From Felis catus (lineage: Eukaryota): a stretch of DNA of 64,000 nucleotides. The translations under genes and the position numbers were made by a program. The DNA lies in the NCBI RefSeq assembly GCF_018350175.1, contig NC_058368.1:219668001-219732000 (forward strand), in the 5' to 3' direction. Below the pieces are notes generated by a model. The model searched no databases and had not been told where the DNA came from. It worked only from the letters and a program-made list of their open reading frames with translations. Of this stretch, positions 53,166-64,000 are shown one piece after another. Positions within the stretch are counted from its first letter, which is position 1. Each line of letters starts with the position of its first letter.

Positions 53166-54809
53166 GCACATTGCCCAATTGTATATTCATTCTCTCATTG
53201 GATATTTAATACACAACAGTGGCTGCCTACAGTGAGCATTCTCAACAGGAATATAGGTTTTTAGGAGTACAGCCTCCCATCCCCATCCCAATCTGCTTTG
53301 AAAATCATGGTTTCAATATTTGGGTTGTTTTAAATTTCAGGAAAGAATAGATAGAAATATCTTTTTAGAAACTCTTTGAGTTTACAAAGCTTTCAGTATT
53401 CCAGATTATGGTGTTCTTCTCCAAGAATCCAGGGATGACACTAGGTCTATTCTCTACATTTCAATATTTTGTTTTGTTTTGTTTTTGGAAAAGAGACAAC
53501 TGTTTATCTAGGCAGAGGGGCCACACTGCTTGAACTGAGGAGCCCTGAAAAATCCAGTCATCTGCAAGTTTTTTTCTCCATTGCAATGATCATTTTATAG
53601 ACCAAGAATCAGACGAGCAGAGAATGTAAGTAGTTTGCTTAAACCCACACAATTTGTAATTTTACAATTTAGCTATGTCAAACTGTTGAACAATGTATCA
53701 TTCTATCTTCTATACCATACCTCTGGTAGATAACCACGATAAAAAGAATAGAAACAGAAATCCTTGAGGATTATTCACACAAACGAATGTCAGCTCAAGC
53801 AATACAGTGTTATGCTGTCAAAAGCAATGGCATTTGTAATATTTTTATTTATAATTTATCTTCAATTTTACTTGCTTAACTGAATACATTGAACCATGTG
53901 GGAAATGAAACTCAACGAAGTCCAGGACTAGGCTCTACCTCTTTTATTCACTTATAACATAGAATATTTTGCATCATAAATAATAACTATATGGTGGGGG
54001 GATGAATATTTGAAAACTACTGTTTCATTAACATTCAACAATTCTTACCCATCACCTCCTCACCCTCTAGCTCATCTGCACACATTCATACACATCTCCT
54101 GCATAAATTATTCATGCTTATTATAATCTGTTGGTAAACTTGATTTTGATTAGAGAAAGCACATAGGTTCTGGGTTAAAGGACTCAGAAATCCACTCTGA
54201 TTTGGGGGAGAAAATTTTAATAATCTTGCTTTTCTGGATATTATTCCTTCAGAGAATTTCATCCTTTTTGAATTTTACGTTTCTTGGTTATTTGCTGTCT
54301 CTATTCAACCTGGAAGGTAATAAATCCTTACTGTTTTCAGTTTACCATTACTGTATCAAAGATTTTTTTGTCCATTCTCTCTTTCATGCAACATTTTGAC
54401 AACATATCAAGGATCAGACCCTGTATTAGGTGCTATAAGTAAAAAGAATGACTACAACCATTAACCTCATGGAGATCTTCCATTTCTGTATTACCATTTC
54501 CATTTAAAACAGAATTTTAAAAATACTTCTCATCTACCAACAGAATTCCATGTTTTCTCACATGCTTTGGAGTAATCTGTGTCCTACTTGAAGCACTCAT
54601 ACTTGTGACTCTTCTGGTTACTATTGTTATTTTTGTCTGTTTAAATGCATTGTAAACTGGAAATAACAAAAGTATGTTCAACAATTATAACCATCACCTT
54701 TAGAAAATTTGGGTTGCCAGGAGTTCAATCACCCATATGTTTTGAGATGAAGAACACAAGGTACAACTAAAGAGTCTTCTAAAATATGTCACCAAAATGT
54801 TTCTTAACT

Positions 54810-55530
54810 ACTGTGGTGCTTTTAACATAGGCTCACAAATTGTTTGGTATTCTTCCCTCCAGGAGGGCTTAGTTGCCCTTGCTTTGAGTATAGGTTGGTC
54901 TTGGTAAATCCTCTTAATAAACAGTGTAAGCAAAATGAAAAAAATGTAATTTTACTATAGAAAACCCTGGCAGACACCACAGTAACCAAGAGGTCAAAGT
55001 TATTATCACCAGATGATATTCAAAGTAAATATCATCTACCTCCTGATAGGATGCAATGAGAACAGCACTTCGCCTCTCTGGCATCATCTCCAACATTCAT
55101 AACATAGTCTAATCATGAGAGAATATCAGACAGACCTAAACTGAAAGACATTGTGGAAAATAACTAACTAGTACCTTCTGAAGTTTAAAAGCATGAAAAA
55201 CAAAGACACACTGAGAAATGTCACAGACGGGAGTTTTCTAAGGAGATGTAATAACTAAATGCCACATGATATTCTGAACTACATCCTGGAATAGAATGAA
55301 AAAAAAAGAACATTAGTGTAAAAACTAGTGAAATATGAATAACGTCTGTAGTTTAGTTAATCCTATTGTATCAAAGTCTATTTCTTAGTTTTGGCAAATG
55401 TGCCATGGTGAGGTACAATGTTAACTGTAGGGAAAGCAGGGTAAGGTATATATAGGAACTTTGTAAAATTTTTATAACCCTTCCACGTATCCAAATTTAT
55501 TTCAAAATAAGAATCTGAATAATAAAAAGT
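54810..55530 (+). mobile_element. Old L1 3'UTR (L1MC3/4 or L1MD-like)
   Basis: ctggcagacaccacagtaaccaagaggtcaaagtta..atcacc...gatgcaatgagaa...agtctaatcatgaga..atcagaca...tgagaaatgtcacag. Confidence 0.8.
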
Positions 55531-55736
55531 CTCAATCATTTAACTGAACACTAATCAACTCCATTTAAATTCTTTTTTTTTTGTAAGTCAATCATTCTTC
55601 AACTGTCTTTTTACTCCTATGCTAACTCTAAGTTGCAATTTGAAGTTCTTTTATTTCCATTTTAGTTGAGATGTGAACATTAGGGGAAATCAGGAACACT
55701 CTACCATCTGACAAAAGCAAGGGTCTCTGGAGTTTT

Positions 55737-56430
55737 TGATGAGCTAATACTTTCCATCTACATTCTGTGGATGAAAGAGCACTTGGATGTCTGAAGATAG
55801 GGGATCTGGTCCTACCTAGAGTGAACATATGAAAACATGCTCAACCTCAACGAAATTAAGAAAATAAAAACTACAATCATCATGGGATGCTATTTTTCAT
55901 CCACTCCATGAAAACATCTAGCAATCCCATTACAGGTGAGTATTTATAACAAAAGGAGAATTATGCATAACTGGTGTGGAGATGGATGACTATAACCCTT
56001 CTAGGAAAACATTCAGTTATTATGTTGAACATTTCCATACCCTACATAGTAAACGGTACTGCTGTAAATAGTCCTTATTTCTGCTGGTGTTCATGGACAT
56101 CTGAGAATGATGCGTTGAGTTGTAGGGTATGAAAATGTTCAACATAATAACTGAATGTTTTCCTAGAAGGGTTATAGTTATCCATCTCTACACCAGTTAT
56201 GCATAACTCTCCTTTTGTTATAAATACTCACCAGTAATGGGATTGCTAGATGTTTTCATGGAGTGGATGAAAAATAGCATCCCATGATGATTGTAGTTTT
56301 TATTTTCTTAATTTCGTTGAGGTTGAGCATGTTTTCATATGTTCACTCTAGGTAGGACCAGACCCCCTATCTTCAGACATCCAAGTGCTCTTTCATCCAC
56401 AAAATGTAGATGGAAAGTATTAGCTCATCA
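55737..56430. repeat. Long inverted repeat: 310-bp arms (55737-56046 and 56121-56430) with a 74-nt spacer
   Basis: Manual reverse-complement comparison gave 303/310 identical positions and no indels. Confidence 0.97.
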
Positions 56431-59061
56431 CAACAGTACCTGTTTAAGATAATAACAGATTAATGTCCATCAGGGAAAGGGAAAAGATTTTAGCTACATC
56501 ACTGTAGATCAAGAGTGGAAACTAAGGTTGAATAGGAAGAAATAGATCAGAGAGAAATCATACTTAGCATAATACTTGCATAAATGAGAAGACGCCATGA
56601 AAATAAGTTTGCCCTGAAGTAGCAACCAAGTAACAAACTAAAGCTTTTTTGTTGTTGTTGTTCTATTTGTACAGAGTCCTATGTGAGTCCATCAATGCAT
56701 AGAGAGAATCTCTTCCCCATGTAAGGGCTCAGAAATCCCAGCTGCTTCCAATGTATGAATTTACCATTCAAATATAGTCTTCATTATTGACACGAAAAGG
56801 GTAACTACACACAGATAGATTATGTTCTAGTATCGAAAGGATGCATGTCCTTTGAGCCACTACTCAGAAATAATCAAGAGGGATGGTAAATTAGGGTGAA
56901 CTTCTGGCTCTTTAGGAAATAACAAATGGACCTATTTCAACAGCATTTTAATGAGATCAACAACAACAATCTGTCGTTTTAGGGATAACTGAACAAGTGA
57001 TAAAATTATAAGAACAGTGAGTGTATTAGGCAGGATACAGAACAATGAGGATCAAGAAGGAGAAGATAGAGAGCTTCAGTAATGTTTTATATTAGAATTC
57101 ATGTTATTGGTCAAGATATTTATTTTGGTATAAATAATTCTAATATAATTTACATTTAGATTTCATACTTTCTCTTTTATGGGTAAAAAGTCTTATAATA
57201 AAAATAAAGAATAGCCATGATGTAGATAATTTTAATTTTTTGAGAAATGGACTTTCCTTCATTAGAAGAAATATACAAGGAAGGCACTTATGCCACATTA
57301 AGGCATGAAATGACTCTTTAGTGGAAACCTATAAATTTCTTCTGTGTTGTAAATTTTTAATATCTTTTTCTTGACTCTGTCTCTCCCTTCTTCTCCTGAG
57401 TTATTAAACATATTAAATAGCATAAAATTAAACTTTATGTTACCCCTAAGTAATGGCAAATCAGTTCTAAGATTGATTTTGATAATCCACAAAAGTTGAG
57501 ATTTGAAATATTTTATTCATGCCCTAAAAATTAGCTGGACTAAAGCTACATACATAAAAATGTCCAGGAATTCAAAGCTGCAGCCATTTCTGGCCTTCGG
57601 GAGAATCCAAAGAAAATTGCATTTTCAGAGTTTTCCCCTTCTAAACCTTTATTTCAGAGCCCCTAAGCACAAAACCTGGCCTCATGACTTATCAATAACT
57701 TTATTCTAAGCAATTTACTTCCTTTCTTCTTATCCTATAAGCTATTTACAGATAATACTTTGGTGTAGTCAATCCCTAGTGACCTTCTGCTCCTCAGGGG
57801 ACACAAGTGTTAGTCTGCTGTCGTATACTAAAGTCAGATTTTGCACAACTGGTATAATCTTAGAGTTTTTCCTGAGGTTTTGGAATTCACTAGAACCTGA
57901 CTTGCATAATAACTAGCCTGCAAAATGGAGGGAGTGACAGGAATGTACTTCATATTAAAACTCTTGTCAGAACAAAAAGCATAGGACAGGAACGGAGAGA
58001 AGGTTTCTGTATGGTTTTACCTGACAGAGTTTTCTCAGTCTTCGACGTTAACCTTGCGGTCTCAACTGACACCATCTGTGTGAGGAGTGAAGCTACCCAC
58101 CCAGTTAAGGGAGAGCAAAGATGTGCCTCTGACAAGATTTTATTCTCTGCTTTATGAAACTCAGGATCTGCAGTTTTTTGAATAGGTCGATGCAAATTCC
58201 TACAGTCCCTATAGGCATCATCTTTCCTGGTATGTGAGAAGCCATTGAAACGTTTTGTCCCAACAAAAACAAAATAATTAATTTGGGATATTTTTATAAG
58301 AGGGTCAAAAATTAAATGTTACTGGAGATTTAATTTTAAGAAAGGCGTAATCATAAAACAAATTGCATCTGTCCCTGACCCTAATTAAACAAATCACATT
58401 GCATTATCCATTTCTATACAAATAAGTATATCTCATGTAGCCTTTGATGACATTTAAAAAGTGACTATTAAAAAGATATTTGTTAAAAACGTAATGGTTT
58501 AAAATTATTAAAATAGATAGATAAAGCAGGAAATACGATCTTTCCCAATGAAAAGGTTTGTTTCACCAAGAAATAATCAGCTCTTCACAATTAATAGAAA
58601 AACTTGTGGTTTTGAACAAGTCACGTTTTACTTGGAACATTACCACAAATTTATTTACTTATTGTTGGTGCACCTGGCATATTTTAGAGCCTTCCGGATA
58701 CTGGGCTTTTAATCAATGCTTCTTTAATGGAGTGTGTACTAAAAAAAAAATCATCAATCAATTTATAAATAAAAGAAGAACCCATGTTAGAAGAAAAAAA
58801 TTAACTAGAGATAAGAAATTCAATGCCCCATTAGGTTTTATAGTGTTTTATGGTGTTTTATTTTTTTTCTTAATTCGTAAGAATGAAGAAATTGGAATGA
58901 AGCTTTATTTTAGATTTATTATTAAAACACAGAAAGTGAGTACATTTTGAGGTGACATAATTATATTCTTCTTCTATGTTAATAGGAATTGTATGAAATA
59001 ATTTTACTTCTATTAAAAATAATTATTTTTGAAAAACTAAGCATATATTATCTATTATTCC

Positions 59062-59140
59062 TTTTTATTTTAAGTGGAGCCTAATGCCAGACTTCAAACT
59101 CATGACTCTGAGACAAGACCTGGGCAGAGATCAAGAGGCT
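59062..59140 (-). mobile_element. Can-SINE fragment
   Basis: tcaaactcatgactctgagacaagacctgggcagagatcaagag. Confidence 0.65.
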
Positions 59141-60000
59141 ATAATTTTCCAACTTTACTAAAGTTCCACAGAGCTAAAGACCTTAGTGTTTCATTAAGCT
59201 TTTAAAGCAGCTCTTTGAAGCAAATATTTGCTTCTAAACACTCATATCTTCCTCAAGCATTTAACACTAGTGCATGTTATTCAATTTGTCCTTCAATTAT
59301 AATTTTTCCCTTGTCAAACAAAGATCAACAAGATAGTGAGACATTTAATTCTGAAGTATTATGAACAAGCTTTGTTTTGTGTATCCATAATTTGATCATT
59401 ATTCAAAGAAAATATTTTATTAGTAGTATTATATTTTAACTATCTTGAAATAACAGATTGGTAAGGAAACACTTAATATGATAAAATGTATATGAGAATT
59501 CTCTTGTTTAAAATCACTGATGCATGGAAGAGGCAACTACCTATTCTATACCTTGAGAAAGACTGGAGCCTCATTTTCTGTTGGGGAAAAGAACCATGAA
59601 ATAAACTACTGGAAACAGAGGAATTAAGTGTCTTATGCAAACTGGGTGGTGAGTCCAATAGTTTTCTTCTTCTATATTGATGAGTTTTAGAAAATTCTAT
59701 TTAAAAAATTTTAACCAAGAAGAGGAAAAACACAAAGTCATGACTTTAAGCATGTTCTAATAAATGGACTCATGCGGATTCTCCTACAATGAAATTCAAA
59801 GTCAACAATCCACATAGATGTACTGAAAGTTTCCAAACAAAATTTTAGTCTCGGTGGAGATTAAAAAGGAAAATAAAACTAAAGATAAGTTAAAATTTTG
59901 GGAGAGAACTTAATGTAAGAGAAATTAAAACAAACAGAAAAAAAATCTGTGATATAACAAAGTCAATACAAAAAAGAAGAAAATTAAAAAGAGTATTTCT

Positions 60001-60213
60001 GGGGCACCTGGGTGGCTCAGTCAGTTAAGTGTCCAACTTCAGCTCAGGTCATGATCTCGTGGTCCATTGGTTCGAGTCTTGCATTGGGCTTTCTGTTGTC
60101 AGCACAGAGCCCACTTCACATCCTCTCTCTCACTCTTTCTCTGCCCCTCCCGTGTTTGTGCTTGATCTCTCTCTCTCTCTCAAAGATAAATAAACATTAA
60201 AAAATAATAATTA
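60001..60213 (+). mobile_element. Can-SINE
   Basis: ggggcacctgggtggctcagtcagttaag head, CT tract and A tail. Confidence 0.94.
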
Positions 60214-62416
60214 AAACAATATCTTCGATCATTGATCATCATGTTTTTGATGTAAGAGAATATTTTGTGACAGTAGAGCAAGATTAAGATGCTATTACAA
60301 AATGTAAAAATCTAGGGAACACAAATCTCCTTAAAACTGAAAAAGAAAAGATATCAGAATAAAAATTCCATACATTATAATAAAGACAGTGATATGCAGA
60401 ACAAAGGGAAAACAAATGTAAAAAAAAATAAATAAACCTCCTTACAACCTGCAACCCATTGCTAAATACTTAAGTCAACAGGGTGACCTTTCTTCAGGAA
60501 CTCAACTGCCTTAATACTTTCTGGAGACAAAAAAGCAATAGATAAAATCACGACTGAAAGAAGAGAGATTACAACCAACACCAGAGAAATACAATTATTA
60601 GAGAATACTATGAAAAAATTATATGCCAACAAACTGGACAATCTGGGAGAAATGGACAAATTCCTAGACACTCACACACTGCCAAAACTCAAATGGGAAG
60701 TAGAAAATTTGAACAGACCCATAATCAGCAAAGAAATTGAATAGGTTATCAAAAATATCCCAACAAATAAGAGTCGGGGGCCAGATGGCTTCCCAGGGGA
60801 ATTCTACCAGACATTTAAAGCACAGTTAATACCTTTGCTGCTCAAACTATTCAAAAAAATAGAAATTGAAGGAGAGCTACCAGACTCATTCTGTGAAGCC
60901 AGCATTACCTTAATTCCAAAACCAGAGAAAGACCCTACTAAAAAGGAGAATTACTGGCTAATATCCCTGATGAACATAGATGTAAAAATTCTCAACAAGA
61001 TACTAGCAAATCAAATTCAACATTACATTAAAAGAATTATTCACCATGATCAAGTGGGATTCATTCCTGGGCTGCAGGGCTGGTTCAATATTTGCAAATC
61101 AATCAACATGATACATCACATTAATAGAAGAAAGGATAAGAACCACATGGTTCTGTCAATAGATGCTGAAAAAAAGCAGTTGACAAAATACAACATCCTT
61201 TCTTAATACAAATCTTCACAAAAATTGGGATAGAAGAAACATACCTCAAGATCATAAAGGCCATATACAAAAGACCCACAGCTAATATTACCCTCAATGG
61301 GGAAAAACTAAGAGGTTTCCCCCTGAGGTCGGGAACAGGGATGTCTACTCTCATCACTGTTGTTTAACATAGTGTTGGAAGTCCTAGCTCAGAATCAGAC
61401 AACACATGGAAATAAAAGGCATCCAAATTGGCCAAAAAGAAGTCAAATTTTCACTCTTCTCAGATGACATGATATTCTATATGGAAGACTCGAAAGACTC
61501 CACCAAAAAAATGCTAGAGCTAATACATGAATTCAGCAAAGTCATAGGATATGGAATCAATGTACAAAACTAGGGCACATTTCTATACTCCAATAATGAA
61601 GCAACAGAAAGACATATTAGGGAATTGATCCCATTTACAATTGCACCAAAAGTCATAAAATACCTAAGAATAAACCTAACTAGAGTGGTAAAAGATCTGT
61701 GCACTGAAAACTATAGAAAGCTTATGAAAGAGATTGCAGACGATAAAAAGTAATGGAAAACATTCCATGCTCATGGATTGGAAGAATAAGTATTATTAAA
61801 ATGTTGCTACTACCCAAAGCAATCTACACATTCAGTGCAATCCTTATCAAAATAACACAAATATTTTTCAAAGAGCTGGAACAAACAATCCTAAAATTTT
61901 TATGAAACCACAAAAGACCCCAAATAGCCAAAGCAATCCTGAAAAAGAAAACCAAAGCTGGAGGAATTATAATCCCAGACTTTAACATGTATTAGAAAAC
62001 TGTAATCATCAAGACTGTATGGTATTGGCACAAAAACAGATACATTGTTCAATGGAAAAGAAAGGAGAACTCAGAAATGGACCCATAAATAAATGGCCAA
62101 CTAATCTTCGACAAAGCAGGAAAGAGTATCCAATGAAAAAGAGACAGTGTCTTTGGCAAATGGTGCTGGGAGAACTGGACAGCAACATGAAGAAAAATGA
62201 AACTGGATCACCCTCTTACACCATACACAAAAATAAATTCAAAACGGATGAAAGCCATACAAGTGAGATAGGAAACCATCAAAATCCTACAGGAGAAAAC
62301 AGGCAACAACATCTTTGATCTCACCTATAGCAACTTCTTACTAGACATATCTCTGAAGACAAGGGAAATAAAAGCAAAAATGAACTATTGAGACCTCATC
62401 AAGATAAAAAGCTCCT

Positions 62417-62638
62417 GGGGTGCCTTTGTGGCTCAGTTGATTAAGCATCCAACTTCGGCTCAGATCATGATCTTGCAGTTCATGAATTTGAGCCCTGCAT
62501 TGGGCTCTGTGCTCATAACTCAGAGCCTGGAGCCTGCTTCAGATTCTGTGCCTCCCTCTCTCTCTCTGCCTTTCCCCTGCTCGCACTCTGTCTCTCTCTC
62601 TTTCAAAAATATAACAAACATTAAAAATGTTTTTTAAT
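62417..62638 (+). mobile_element. Can-SINE inside L1
   Basis: TSD aagataaaaagct. Confidence 0.94.
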
Positions 62639-62777
62639 AAGATAAAAAGCTTCTGCACAGCAAAGGAAACAATCAACTAAACTACATGGCAACTGATGGA
62701 ATAGGAGAAGATATTTGCAAATGACATATCAGATAAAGGGTTAGTATCCAAAATCTATAAAAAACTTACCAAACTCA

Positions 62778-62933
62778 GGGCACCTGGGTGGCTCAGTTGT
62801 TTAAGTGGCCTACTGCGGCTCAGGTCATGATCTTGTGGTCTGTAGGTTTGAGCCCTGCATCAGGTTCTTTGCTGACAACTCAGAGCCTGGAGCTTGCATT
62901 GGATTCCGTGTCTCCCTCTCTCTCTGGCCCTGC

Positions 62934-62986
<53 letters not shown>

Positions 62987-63017
62987 AAATAAATATTAAA
63001 AATTTTAATTAAAAAAT
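62778..63017 (+). mobile_element. Can-SINE inside L1 with a long (CT)n
   Basis: TSD aacttaccaaactca. Confidence 0.94.
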
Positions 63018-63532
63018 AACTTACCAAACTCAACACCCATAAAACAAATAATCCAGTGAAGAAATGGGTAGAAGACATGAAGAGATACTTTTCCAAAGAA
63101 GATATCCAAATGGCAAACAGACACATGAAAAGATGTTTAATATGGCTCATTGTCAGGGAAATACAAATCAAAATCACAATGAGATATCACCTCACACGGG
63201 TCAGAATGGCTAAAATTAACAACTCAAGAAACAACAGATGGTGGCGAGAATGTACAGAAATGTACAGAAAGGGGAACCCTGTTGCACTGTTGGTGGGAGT
63301 GCAAACTGGTGCAGCCACTCTGGAAAACATAATGGAGGTTACTCAAAAAATTAAAAATAAAACTATCCTACAACTCAGCAATTGCACTACTAGGAATTTA
63401 TCCAAAGGACACAAAAATGCAGATTTGAAGAGGTACATGCACCCCAATGTTTATAGCAGTGCTATCAACAATAGCCAAATTATGGAAAGAGCCCAAATGT
63501 CCATCAACTGAAGAACTGATTAAGAAGATGTG

Positions 63533-63600
63533 ATATATATATATATATATATATGTATATATGTGTACATATATATGTGTATATATATATATACATATAC

Positions 63601-63633
<33 letters not shown>

Positions 63634-63668
63634 CACATATATATGTATATGTATATATATATACATAC
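63533..63668. repeat. Compound (TA)/(TATG) microsatellite inside L1
   Basis: Read directly. Confidence 0.95.
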
Positions 63669-64000
63669 AGTGGAATCCTACTCAGCAATGAAAAGTAATG
63701 AAATCTTGCCATTTGCAACAACGTGGATGGAACTGGAAGTTATTATGCTTAAGCGAAATACGTCAGAGAAAAGACAGATATTATATGATTTCACTCATAT
63801 GTATAATTTGAGAAATTTAAGAGATAAACATAGGGGAAGTGAAAGAAAAATAAGATAAAAACAGAGAGTTTTAACAGTTCTCTTAAATACAGAGAACAAA
63901 CGGATGGCAGATGTGGGTGGGAAGGTGGGGGATGGGTTAAATGGGTGATGGGCATTAAGGAGGGCACTTTTTGGGATGAGCACTGGGTGTTGTATGTAAG

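Larger units (their letters stand above)
60535..64000 (+). mobile_element. 5'-truncated carnivore L1 with disrupted ORF2 (RT domain to C-terminus) and 3'UTR
   Basis: RT motifs [13 protein letters not shown]...[17 protein letters not shown]...[17 protein letters not shown]; an FSDDM motif near 61457-61471 (canonical FADDM); multiple stops and frameshifts; two nested SINEs. Confidence 0.96.

Noticed and set aside
55737..56430. Interpreting the long inverted repeat as a MITE or foldback transposon
   Set aside because: No TSD is evident, the arms derive from local decayed L1-like sequence, and the junctions fit template switching. A genome-wide search finding multiple copies would reopen this.
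57950..58950. 81-aa and 130-aa ORFs
   Set aside because: No recognisable homology, and the composition reflects the AT-rich background.
60835..61206. Reverse-transcriptase-like ORF as a novel RT system
   Set aside because: It is an ordinary LINE-1 ORF2 fragment, and the element is truncated, frameshifted and interrupted by SINEs.

Overview
This is AT-rich mammalian non-coding DNA, most likely from a felid, judged by about 25 carnivore tRNA-derived Can-SINEs that include young CpG-rich cat-type copies. I find no host protein-coding exon, RNA gene or prokaryote-type system. The ORF track consists of L1 ORF2 remnants, SINE read-throughs, microsatellite translations and chance ORFs. Recognisable content is L1 copies of several ages, SINEs with target-site duplications (TSDs), MaLR/ERV1 solo LTRs, Tigger-type DNA transposons, MIR/L2 relics and microsatellites. 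The most unusual structure is a near-perfect inverted repeat at 55737-56430: 310-bp arms, 7 mismatches, no indels, 74-nt spacer, built from old degraded L1-like sequence and carrying a template-switch junction signature. Also notable are a second inverted repeat around an AT-rich tract (16243-17020), a chimeric SINE from a 222-bp tandem duplication, and a 5'-inverted L1. Repeat family names come from recalled consensus sequences, not from a search, and boundaries of old elements are approximate.
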